Assembly (NCBI GenBank): GCA_025594325.1
Contig: JANHCV010000003.1
Location: 372,001 to 436,000 of the forward strand
Reading direction: 5' to 3'
Length of the DNA stretch: 64,000 bases
From: Blastocladiella emersonii ATCC 22665
Lineage: Eukaryota; Fungi; Blastocladiomycota
The position numbers were made by a program, and so were the translations under genes. The notes under the pieces are model-generated. The model had not been told where the DNA came from. It ran no database searches and saw only the letters and a list, made by a program, of their open reading frames with translations. The first letter of the stretch is position 1; each line of letters starts with the position of its first letter. Below, in pieces: positions 11,756-23,174 of the stretch.

Positions 11756-14700
11756 TGGGGACTCGAGCTGCTGCACCTCCTCGCCGAGTACCGAGACCAT
11801 GATCTTGGCTCCGTTGGCGGCGGCCGCGGCCGAGTGGACCTCGCCGAGCTCCGAGGGCAACGACGACGTGCGGAACGCGATGACCTTGGCAATGAGCGGC
11901 GCGAGGATGCGCATGGCCTTGACAATGACCTCGATCAGCCGAACCACGTCCTTGATGAACAGGACCAGGTGCATGGTGAACTGGACCGCGAGCGAGATGA
12001 TGTACCGGAATGGCAGAACCCGGACTGCCGCGGCCTCGCACTCGCCAATGAGCCCGAGCACGGCAGCGGCCGTCATGAACTTGGCGAGCGACCGCGCGGC
12101 TTGAGCCGTCCTCGCTCCTCGCGAGGACTGCCTGCGCGTTGAGCCCGCTGCGCGAATGACCGAGGCGCTCGCGGGACATGGTCTCGTTGATTCGAGCGAG
12201 CAGCTGGTGCGAACTGTGGGATAGAGGCAGGAGAGCGTTAGTAGTCTTCATTGGAAAGCGCGAGCACGACGAACCGTACCCATGATTCATAAACGCATAG
12301 TTGTTGCTGCCCGTGGCGTTCATGTTGCCGGCGACGTTGAGAAGTTGGGTTGAGGGTGTACTGAGCGGGAAAGCGAGGGCGTTAGTCCTGCTCATGTTGT
12401 TGTGGAGCTTGAGCGAGACATCGCGTACCCCTCGGCCTTGCCCGAGCTGCTGGCGCTGCCCTTGATGTACACGTCAAGCGTATCGAAGGTGGTGCACACA
12501 ACGATCGTCGCCGAGGCGAGACGCGCGCCATGAGCACGGATACGCCGCCGGGTATCACCAGCGGGGCCCGGCCAAAACTGGTCCGATGGCGACGACGCTA
12601 CGATTTGGGAAGAAGCGATGTGGATCAGTGATCAGGCCTCGGCGGGATTAATGCGGCGATGGGGAAACGTACCGTGATACGGGCCGTGCAACACGTTGAC
12701 AGCATCGTACGCGGGCCGGGTCGTGCCGATGCAGCCGAACGGGTACCCCACGTCATACCGGAACCTGATGGGCATGTTCCTCGGTCACGTTGAACTTGAC
12801 ACGCGGGTCGTGGTGGGCGGCGACGTCGGGAGGATGGCCGGACCAAAGACTAGACGTCGAATCGGGGTGAGTGAGCGGCGGTACATCGGGTGGCGGACGC
12901 GACGCGTCGCAAAGACGTACCGAAGCGCATCTCGCAGCGGTCGTGGTGCGAGTCGTTGATGGCGGACCTCACGTAGCGCGTGGCGTGGTAGGAGCAGGAA
13001 CAGTGGCGATAAAGGACGGCCGAGTTGAATGAAAACAATGAGCGACAGCGCAGCAACGACAGGCGGCAGAATGGCCCTCGCCGAGCTTGGAGAGCGACGA
13101 CGCCTTGATCAGCATGTGGAAACGCGATGAACTTGGCGGCGATGAGCGGCGCGAGGGTGCGACCGGCCTCGATGGTGACCATGAGCAGCTAGATTGGCCA
13201 CGCACAAACGAGATGGGCAGGACCGTGAGCACGGCGAACTGGACCGCGGGCGAGGAGGAGATGATGCTGCACCGGATCAGGACTCGAAGCGGCGTGATCC
13301 CACACTGGCCGATGGACACGGGCACGGCATGGCGTTCGCCACGAACTTCGAACTTGACCATCCACCGCGTGATCTGCGCCGCCCACCCGAGAACCACACG
13401 CGTTGGGCCCGCCGCGAGCGGTCGGGAGACGCTGGCGCTGGTGGTACGTGACCTCGTCGCCTTGACCGAGACGCTGGCGCGCGAACTGTAAAAGTAGGGG
13501 TGCGACGTTAGTCGCACTTGAGTCACGGAAGTCAAGTGAAAAAGTGCCGTACCCAGAGGCGACACGCGCGCGTGTCTGTCGCTAGTCCATAATGTTCATG
13601 TTGCTGGCGGCGTCGAAGAGCTGCCGCAAACTATGGGAGCGAGATTTGGAAATGTCAGTCGTGCTCGTATCGAACTGGGAGAAACGGTGAAACGAGCCGT
13701 ACCTGGACCCGTAGTTGATCGTCGGCGCCGCGTGCCTAGTACCATGGTTGATGCAAATGTTGCCGAATGCGCGGCGCAGATCGCGCAGACTACAGAAGTG
13801 AGACATACCGTAAGTTGGGCAAAAAGCGGGGACCGAACACGACAAAGCGTACTCCTGGGCCTTGGCCGCGCCGCGCCGCGCCGCTGCTGGTGCCCTTGAT
13901 GTGCACGCCGAGCGCCTTGATGACGATGTCGACGATGCGGACGATCGTCGCTGAGACCAGGCGCGCCGAGATCACGGAGCTGCAGCCGCCGAAACGTCCC
14001 TTCCAAAAACCGGCTGGACCGGTCCCAGATACCGCCGACGCTATGGTACGACGACGACGCGATGCGAGTCAGTGTACTGAACACGGGAGCGGTGTGGCAA
14101 GGGAAGCGTACATGATCCGCAGTTGGCGCACGACGAGACCGAGACCCGTTACTCCGACCCGCGCCCCAACTACTTGACCTTGGCTTCGGTGCGCTCGAAC
14201 TCGTCGCTGTGAGGCACGCGAGACAGAGCGTTAGTGAACGTTGCGTAGGTAACGAGGAGCGGGATCGACGTACCGGGAGGAGCAGCATGAGGGCCGCGAT
14301 GACGAAGACGGCCTCGACGTGGTGCGGCAGGCCGATATGTAGAGCGCGACGTTGCAGAAATTGCCGCTGGGCAGGTACTGGTGGTCTGGGTCGGTGGCCG
14401 CATACAGCGGCGCGTACTGCTTGCGCTTCTCGGAGGCCACGGCGCGGCGCCCGCCCGCGATGGCGAACGGGATGGTGACGGGGACCGACTTGATCACGAA
14501 CACATCGGTGAAGTTGAGACGGGCTCGAGCAGGCCGCTGTCGGTGCGGGCCATGATGAGCCGCGCGGCGTGCGCGAGGAACTCGGGCCCGCCGGGCACGA
14601 CCGTGGGCGGAACGTCGGGGCTGGAACAGGCCGCGGAGGCGCGTCGCGGCGGTGCAGCATGTCGTCGACCTTGTGCGCGGGCTGGGTCTTGTCAATGAGG

Positions 14701-15627
14701 CAGGCCGAGGCACGTACGTCGTCGACCTGCCCTCGAAAAGATGACGGCGAACCAGTCGAGCTGACAGGGCCACGTCTTCTCTCGTAGTTGTGGCCGAGCG
14801 GGAACCGCGCGTGCGGAACCGGAACCACAGGAGTGCGGCGGCCTCGGTCATGTCGAGCTTGACGCGCGGCGACTTGACGCGGGAGGTGGTCGAGTGGCGG
14901 ACTACACGTCGAATTGGGCTGAGTGAGTGGGAGCGCGGCGCGTGCGGTCATGAACGCGTCGAGTGAGCGTACCGAAGCGCATCGTCTCGCGATCGTCATT
15001 CGAGTCGTCGTGGAAGGCGGGCTTGGTGTAGACAGAGTGATGGTGCGGGTGCGGTAATGATGGCGGCCAGGATGATCGAGTCGAGTCAAACATGACGGGG
15101 GCCGGCGCGACCACGGCAGGACCGCAGCAACGAAGGTCGCGATACCGAGAGCGAGGAGCGGGGCACGATCTGGAGTAGCCGGTACAGACTGCCGAAGCGA
15201 GACTGCTTGTTAGTCATGCCCGCGGCGAGCGTCGCGTGAGAAGACGCGTACCCTTGAGCATCTTGTTGAGCGACTGGTGCATCTCCTCTTGCACAGCTTG
15301 AGCGTCTTGATAATGATGTCGATGATGCAGACGGTCGTCGCTGAGACCAGGCGCGCCGAGATCACGGAGGCAGCCGCTGAGTATCCCTGCCGAAACCCGG
15401 CCGGACTGGTGCCAGATAACGACGACGACGCTACGCAGAACGAGGGCGACGCAATGCGAGTTAGTGAACTGGACACGGCGTGGGTCGCGTCGCCGAGCGG
15501 CTGCGCGATGATGGAGGACCGGGCGGATCAGGTCCTTGGCGTACTTGGGACGAGAGCACGAGCGCCTGCGGGCACTGGCGCGCCGTGGTGTGGTGTGGTG
15601 CACGATCATGGCCGGCGGCCGGATCAT
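11756..15627 (-). pseudogene. Mirror copy of the triplicated intron-rich gene
   Basis: Inverted copy of 3629-7500. Confidence 0.55.
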
Positions 15628-16837
15628 GTCCGTCGGAGGCGATGCGGGCCGCGGCGACGCGTGCCGGACGCGTCGCGGTGCGAGACGTTCGGGTGGAGAC
15701 TTGGCGCGCGCGCGTGTGGGTTTGGCGGGCGAGGCGGGCGGCGGTACGAGGTGCTGGAAGCGGAGCGGAATCGGTGGGAGACACGGCGAGGGCGACGTCG
15801 GCTGCCGTCACGCCACCCACCGCGACCGGCGAGCGCTCTGGCGGCGCGCAACAGCAGCGCGCGCGCGCGCCCTCGACGGGCGCCGACGGTGATGCAGTTC
15901 GACGATGAATCGGCACAGCGACTCGATGCAAGGGGACGGGCACGCGTCGGCGAGTCGGCGACCACCGTCAGCTGCGGGCTCGGTCCGGCGCGGGGACCAT
16001 CGGTTCGGCAGGACGAGGACGAGGACGAGGACAAGTACGAGGCGGGGCGAGGCAGGGCAGGCCAGCGAGCGCGATGGTGACCGACCGAGTGATGGGCGGC
16101 TGATGATGGAGGGTGCGGTCAGCGGGCGCGAGGCGCTGCTCCCACGCGTTGCCGATCGGGCGCCCACCGCCGCTCCCCCGCACTTCCCTCGCTCCCCGCC
16201 CTCGCTCCGCTACCGCAATGGAAGCTACTCGGACCCCATCGACATGCAGCAGACTCGCGGATGCGGCCGGCGACGCGCCCCGCCCGTCCGACCTCGCCCG
16301 CGTCGCCCGCGTCCCCCGCGTCGCCGCGCCGGCACCGCCCGGCCGGCGTCGGTCGCGCGAGCTGGAGGCGGTCTTGCGGGTGTCGATGCATTGCGGCGAG
16401 TGGTGCGTATGCGCTGATTGTGCTGGAACCGCACCGCCGCCGCGCAGGGCGACGGAGAAGGCGACGACGGTGCGGACGCGCCTCCGGCGGCGCGCGGTGA
16501 TGTCATCCCGCCGGTTGACGCGCGCGACAGCCCCGCCGCGTGCGCATGAACGCCGCGTCCGCCCTCGCGCGATTCGGTCGCCTCGACGCGAGCGCCGAGC
16601 CGGTCTCGACCGCTTGCCCGGCCGATTTCCGGCTCCTCTGAGCTCGCGACGCGGTCTCGGTCGGCGCTGCCCGCGGAATGGCTCGGCAGCGGCGAGCGAC
16701 CTGCCGCCCACGTTGCTACTTTGTTGCTCTATCGTCCTCGTGAGGAACCCGCTTGCGCTCGTCAATCCCATTCTCGCAGACGGTCGGTGGAGCGATGCAA
16801 TGAACGGGAGTGTATTTTGATGGGTGCCCGGCCAGTC

Positions 16838-17929
16838 TCACTTGTCACACTCGTCACCTTCCAGGTCGGCGTCGTACTCGCCTCCCTCCACGTCGTCGTC
16901 GTCGTCGTCTTACTCGCCTCCCTCCACGTCGTCGTCGCACTCACCACCCTCCGCGTCGTCGTCGCACTCACCACCCTCCCACTCGTCGTACTCGCCACCC
17001 TCCGACTCGGACGCGCACTCGTCGCCCTCCGAGCCGTCGTACTCGTCGCCCTCCGACGCAGACGCGCACGCGCTACCATCTTCAACCGACTCGTCGAGCG
17101 AGAGCGTGCCGCCCGAGTAGCACGAGCTGTCCGAGTCGGCGAACTCGGCGCAGTCATCATGAGCTTGGGTTTGAGCATGAGCATGCGCACGAGCGCGATA
17201 CGACGCAATCAGGTCAAAGTCGAAGAACTTGACGGCGGCGTCCGGGGGCGAGCAGCTGCTGGCGACGGGGTCGAGCAGGCCGAACCGGGCGCGGATCTCG
17301 GCCTTGCGCTCCTCGGACAGGTCGTCGGGCAGGCCGAACCGGTCGCGGAGCTTCTGCTCGCCGCGTCACGCGCTCAGCTCGCGGGCAATGACGAAGCACA
17401 CGAGGTTGACGAGTGGTTGGATCTGGAGGTAGTCGGCCGCCAGCGCGAGGTCGATGATCTGCTCGTCGGACAGCTTCTCGAACAGCGCCTCGTCCCGCTC
17501 CGAGATGGTCGCGTTGCGCAGCGACTCCATGATCTCGGTGCGGCTCTGGTACTCGTGCGGCGCCGTGTACCCGTCGTCGGCAATGTGCGCGCGTAGCCAC
17601 TCGAGCACGCGCGCGAGCGCCGCCTCGGACACGTTGGGCAGCGGGATCGCGAGCCCCTTGGCGGCGGGTAGCATGCTGCAGAGCATGTTGTGGAGCAGCG
17701 CCGACTGCCCGATCACCGCAACGGTCGTGGTGACGATCGTTCCCTCCGATGTCTCGAGGCGGACCTCGTCGGTCGGCAGCAGGATGGCGGGTTCGCCGGT
17801 CGTCAGAGCAAAGTCGAGCATGGTGGAGTGGGAGGTGCTGCTGGTAGTGGTGGTGGTGGTGGTCGAGCGGCAGCGGCGCGTAGTGATGGCCGTTGCGCGA
17901 GTTGGGTGCGGTTTGTTGATGCGTTGCAA
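16838..17929 (-). pseudogene. Mirror copy of the SKP1-like pseudogene
   Basis: Inverted copy of 1327-2418 with the same stops. Confidence 0.85.
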
Positions 17930-19187
17930 TGTGCGTGCGTGTGCGCGTCCTCTTCAGCTTCGGGATTCGTACGGGATGGGTACAGTGGAAAACGAGCATA
18001 TGGTGCGCGAGACCACCGCGGCGCCACTCACGCAGACTCGCGTGCAAATGACCCACACGATTTGCGCGCGGCGGCGCGTGTGGGCGTCACATGGCCGGGT
18101 TGCCCGCGCGTCGGCGGCGCGTGTTTCTTCTCGCAACGGCGTCCCGGCCGCCTCCCACTTGCTGCCGTGACGCAAGGCATTCACGGCGATGAAGCACAGG
18201 GTTTGAGCACGGCGACATTGTCGAAAGCGGCCGCCCTCGCGAAGCGTCCACCATCGCCGAAGCCCCGCCGCCGCCGCCAGGTCGACGCGCAGCTGACTGC
18301 TGTCGTCGCTTCCCCAACTCTCCTCTTCCTCACCTCGTCTGCCCGACTTGCGTCGCCCCCGTGACTCTGCCCTTTTGCTCATTGCTACCTCGCATTTGCG
18401 CAATCGCTGCTCGCCGCTCGCCGCGACGCGCGCGCCTCTCGACTCTCTGCCGCATCGCCCTCTCGACCTTTGCCTCGTCGTCGAACCCTCCCCTCCTCTT
18501 TTACACACGCATGCGCATCCGCGCACGGCCACACAAACTCGGCCGCCCGTGCAACTTCCAGCTCGTTCGCCTCGCCCGTCGCCTTCTGATCGCGCTCCCC
18601 GCTTTGGCTCGACCGTTGACAGCTGCCGGCCCAGCCACGCAGGGCTCGGCGAGTTCGCATCTTCGTCCATCGACGGTACGCATGTTTGCTCATTGCTATG
18701 CGGACTCGGTCCATGCACGGGTACTGGCTCGCCGGTTGCTGCTCATAAGACGCGGCGCGCGCCGACTGTCGCGTTGCTGTACTCTCTGCGGATTGTCCAC
18801 TCACGAAGCCGGTTCCGCGCGTCCCATATCCGCTCATTGCACCACATCATTTATAGCTCTTCCGGCAAGCTTTTCATCTGCACCCTCGTCTGCGCCATCG
18901 CGTTCATTGCCGTCAAATCTCGTGGCGACCTTTGCATCGTCTGAGTGTCGTCCATCGGGCATCCTCGTCAAGTTCCTCGCACGCCTACGACCGTGCTCGC
19001 GATTGGTACGCGTCTGCAGTAATAGAACTCGGTCGACCGCTCGAGTCTGCCTGGCTCGCTGGCAGACGGAAAGACAGATTTGCTAACCCGCTGGTCCTGT
19101 CGCTCGGCACGTGTAGCTCCGCACCATTTCTTCGACCAACCAACGCACAACTCGTTCTGCAAACCCCAAGTCGAGTCCCGCGCCACC

Positions 19188-21482
19188 ATGAGAACATTGT
19201 ACGAGCGGTGCCCGCCCGAGCTCATGCAGCACCTGGTCGGCCTCGGCTCGCTCTCGGTCGACTACATGTCGACGTGCGAGATGCTGCACGCGCTGCTCGC
19301 CGCTGACATTGACGTGGCGGCCAAGGTCCGGATCGCCCAGTGGCTCCTCGAGAACGCGACGGTCGCGGTCGGGGCGCGCATCTACGTCCGCTGCAGCATG
19401 CGCTACTTTCGGTGGACCCTGCCCGACAGTCTGCTGCGGCTCCTCTACGAGCTTCGCCGCGGCCTCGCCCTCTCGACCAAGTGCGACCACGCGACGTGCG
19501 CCAGCGTCAGTGTCGCGGAAGCGGTCGAGAACCTGTCGCACTTTGTGCTCCTCGACCTGCGCAGCCATCTCGTTCGGGTCGGCGTTCTGCCCGCCGTACT
19601 CGTGTCGAATGGCGAGTTTGGCGTCGCGCGCACGTTCGAGGACGACGTCGGCGCCGATACCGGTACCGGTACCGCTCCTGATACCACCGACATTGCCGCC
19701 AGGCGTGCCATCATCAAGGGCCGCATCCGCCAGTTTGTCCTCGCGGGGCAAATGTCCGACGTGCCGCACTTGCCCGAGTCGCGGTCGCAGTCCCGCCCGC
19801 TGCTCGGGTGGCTCGGGTCGCACAACATGCTCGGCGGCTTCGTGTCCCTGGTGCAGTGCGCCATCCAGGACCGGGCGTGCGGGTCCTCGCTCGGGACGCT
19901 ACTCGGGGGCGCCTTCGAGCGGTGTCGCCTGCTCCTCCACGCGTCGCTCGAGTGGGGCGACTGGGACATGTCGCGGCTGACGCGGCACCTGGCTCCTGCC
20001 GCCTACCACCCGAGCCCGCTGCACCGAGACGACGACGAGGACGACTACGACGTGGGGAAGCAGGCGTGTACGGGTCAGTGCCACCCGCTCTTCTTCCAGG
20101 ACCTCGTCACGATCGGGCCAGGCCGAGGCGGACACGGCCACGGCCACGTCCATGGCAGGGCGCAGGCCGGCGGCGAGAACGGGAACGGCGGCGATGATGA
20201 TGATGATGATGATGATGACGATGATGATCCGTTCGACGAGGAAGAGTACGCCCACTTCGAGTCCGGCATGATCGAGGAGTACATGGAGACCGCGCAGGCC
20301 CTCGCGTCCATGATCGTCGACGGCAACGGCGCGCTGCCCGAGGTGGTCATTCCGCCGCGCCCGGGATTCGCGTCCGACACGGCGTCGTACGCGATACCCG
20401 ACCCGCGCGACGAGTCGACCGGCGACTCGAACGTCGGCGGCAGCCTGACGAACGGCGTCGGCGGCAGTCCCGCCACCCGTCTCGCCGCGCGCTCGCCGTG
20501 GCCGAACCGCGAGTGCACCTTCTCCGTGTACGCTGTGGTCGCCTCCATCGTCGAGGGCAACTGGCCCGCGCTCGCCGCGTGCAGCATCGTCGCTCGCGAC
20601 AAGCCGGCCACGCCATTCCAGCAGTTTATGGAGTCGGACCCGCACGCGGGGATCCCGGCCGTCCTCGCCATGATCGCCGACCCTGTCTCGGTCGAGTTCC
20701 TGCTCGCGCACATTGAGAAGCATTTTCGGCTCCCATCATCCTCATCTTCTTCACCGCAATCTCGACTAGCTGGACCAGCTCGGCCAGCTCGGCCAGCATC
20801 AGCACCAGGAGCGGCGCCGGCCTCGGACCAGCAGTCCGAGTCCCACTCCATTGACCTCGACTTTGTGAACGTGCTCGTGTGGCTGCTCGTCCGTGGGTGG
20901 CCCGGTCCTGCGGCGGGGCAACGACCATCCGCTGTGCCCGCGTCGCCACCGCCGCCGCCTCCCGAGATTCTGACGCAGCTCGGGCTCGTCGACGCCGCAG
21001 CGAACACCGCCGCGACGGCACCCGCCGTGCCCGACCTCGACGCGCTCCTCCCGCAGTGGCGCCGGCGCATCGCCAAGCTCCTGTTCTTGGGCAACGACGT
21101 TGGCGAGTCGCTCGCGGTCCTCGCCCACATCGCGTCCACGCACCCAATGGTCATCGTCGACTACTTTGACGCGGGCGACGACCACGGCCAGAAGATGGTC
21201 CAGCTCGCCGACCGGCACCCGGACCTGCTGTACCGCGTCGTCGACGCGGCGCTGGCGGCAGGGAAGCGCGACCTGGCCGCCGAGCTCGTCAAGGACTTTT
21301 CCGAGGAGCAGTGGCGGGCCTTTGTCGACGCGGCGCTGCTGGCAGATTGCGCGGTCTCCACGCTGCAGTTTGCGTGCAGCAGGTTCGGTCTCGACAACCT
21401 CGAGAGCCTCGCGCGCCAAGGTACAGCCGTTCGTTCGCCCATTATGACTTGCTAACTGTGTTCACGGGCACTCACAGACTAA
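19188..21482 (+). CDS. Putative F-box-like protein with poly-Asp tract and C-terminal helical (possibly ankyrin-like) repeats
   Basis: GCCACCATG start at 19188 and a long GC3-biased ORF. N-terminus LYERCPPELMQHL..L....STCEMLHALL resembles an F-box. Terminal intron GTACAG..GCTAAC..CAG 21421-21477, then TAA 21480-21482. Gene is likely real; the F-box call is tentative. Confidence 0.55.
20193..20228 (+). repeat. (GAT)n microsatellite encoding poly-Asp
   Basis: GATGATGAT.. in frame, giving 12 consecutive Asp. Confidence 0.9.
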
Positions 21483-21575
21483 CACGACGATGCCCTCCTC
21501 TCCTTCCACTTTCAAGTCATTCTGCAGACGACGACGACAACGGATGCCGCGAGCTCAACATCATCATCGTCGTCA

Positions 21576-22961
21576 TTGCCGCCCAGCAAGAAGAGCGGCC
21601 GCGCCCCCCGCCGCGGTCCTGCTCTCGGCCGGCGCCTGCGCTGGCTCCGCGTCGCGGCCGTGATCGGCAGGCTCGGCCCTTTTGCCGCGTCGACGCTCGG
21701 CACCAGGACTGCCGGCCAACCCGGGTCGCTGGCCGCGGACATATTCGGCGCCATGGCGACGGCCGACGTCGACGCGCTCCCGCTCTTCGCGGCGCTCGTG
21801 TCGCTGCTCAAGGACCCCGCCACGCGCAGCGCACTCTCGGGCGCGAGCATCCGCTTCTACGTGTCGTGCGCGTGGATCCCCGTGGCGGTGCTGACGGCCG
21901 ACGACAACAAGAACGGCGGTGACGCGACCAGGCCGAGAGCCGTGCAGCGCATGACCATCAAGACCGCGGCGGGCTCGTCGGCCTCCTCGTCGCCGGCAGC
22001 GACATTTATGTTCGAGTGCATCATGTACGCGACGTGTCTCGAGGTCGGCCACGCAACGTACCAAAATGGTGTGTTCGGCTGCGAGGGCAACAGCAAGAAG
22101 AAGCGCGAGAAGGGCAACGGCGGCAACGAGGACGACGCCATCGCCAGCGCCAGCGGCTCCGAGCACGTCGTCGGGTGTGAGAACGAGTGCTTCGCGCTCC
22201 TGCAGCCGTGCTGGTCCGGCTCGCTCGCCAAACTCGTCGCGCACTTCCCGCACGTGGTCGCGCAGGCGAGCCCCGACGTCTGGCGCGCCGCGCGCAAGTA
22301 CGTCAAGACGGGCCCGGACGACGTCAAGGGCTCGGCCTGCCTCGCGGTCGCCATCAACTTTGAGCTCGACCCGGACGGGACGGGCGACGACAGCGATGGC
22401 GGTGTCGGCGGCCAGGCGACCAACGAGTGCTGCATCGGCGAGTACCCGTCGTGCGGCATCTTTGTCGGCATCGCGTCGATCGACCCGTTTGGCCTCGCTC
22501 GGTGTCTCCGGCTCACCGTTGCGGACACGACGCCGACCGCTTCGACGCCAACGCCGACGTCTTGCCACGGGACGGCGGCCGTGGGGGTGGCGACGGGCGA
22601 CCACCAGTCCATCTCGATCGACGCCAAGCTTGCTGCCGGAGCGGCCGCGACCAAGTCGGGCGCGCTTGTCAACGCGCGGTGTCGGCTCGCAGCCTACGAG
22701 GAGGCCCGCGCCGCGCTCTGCGAGCTCGCCAAGCTCGGATCCACGTCGTCGCTGTACGCGTCGGCCGTGAAGCGGGTCGCCAAGTTTGCGCTGTCGCTGC
22801 TCAACGACAACAACAAGGTCTCGGACGCGCGCGCGGCACCGACGACCCCGCTCTCGTTGCAGTCCACGGCGACGGTCACGGTCATCGACTCGGCGGACAT
22901 GCCCATGGATGTCGACGCGCCCGCCGCGATGACGGGGGACAGTGTCGTCGCTGCAGAGTGA
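21576..22961 (+). CDS. Hypothetical protein (461 aa ORF, unknown family)
   Basis: Long ORF with C/G third-position bias and a globular-looking Cys-containing core. A GTGAGT donor at the apparent stop suggests a further exon. Confidence 0.55.
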   Translation: MPPSKKSGRAPRRGPALGRRLRWLRVAAVIGRLGPFAASTLGTRTAGQPGSLAADIFGAMATADVDALPLFAALVSLLKDPATRSALSGASIRFYVSCAWIPVAVLTADDNKNGGDATRPRAVQRMTIKTAAGSSASSSPAATFMFECIMYATCLEVGHATYQNGVFGCEGNSKKKREKGNGGNEDDAIASASGSEHVVGCENECFALLQPCWSGSLAKLVAHFPHVVAQASPDVWRAARKYVKTGPDDVKGSACLAVAINFELDPDGTGDDSDGGVGGQATNECCIGEYPSCGIFVGIASIDPFGLARCLRLTVADTTPTASTPTPTSCHGTAAVGVATGDHQSISIDAKLAAGAAATKSGALVNARCRLAAYEEARAALCELAKLGSTSSLYASAVKRVAKFALSLLNDNNKVSDARAAPTTPLSLQSTATVTVIDSADMPMDVDAPAAMTGDSVVAAE

Positions 22962-23174
22962 GTTTGTGCCTTTTCGATCCCGCGAGCGTGTGCGCGCTTT
23001 GTCATTCCCCCCTCCCATCTCTGTTTTCCACCGTATACCATCCCATTGCTCTCTTGGCGAATCTCATTGTTGTCGAAAGGCGGACCAGGCGAGCAGCCAG
23101 CTCATTCATTGAGAACGTTTGTGCATTGGGATCGGCGGGCAGCGAGCAATTACAGCGAGAGACCCATCGATCAA

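Larger units (their letters stand above)
10600..19255. repeat. Right arm of giant inverted repeat
   Basis: Reverse complement of 1-8656. Inner edge AATTCCCGCTGTGACG at 10600. A constant offset across mirrored ORFs implies no net indel. Confidence 0.97.

Noticed and set aside
21573-23018. Long Arg/Gly-rich ORFs such as 21573..23018-, 49885..51549+, 4167..5660+ and the distal part of 25855..27621-
   Set aside because: Shadow or antisense frames of GC3-biased genes; low-complexity translations without motifs.
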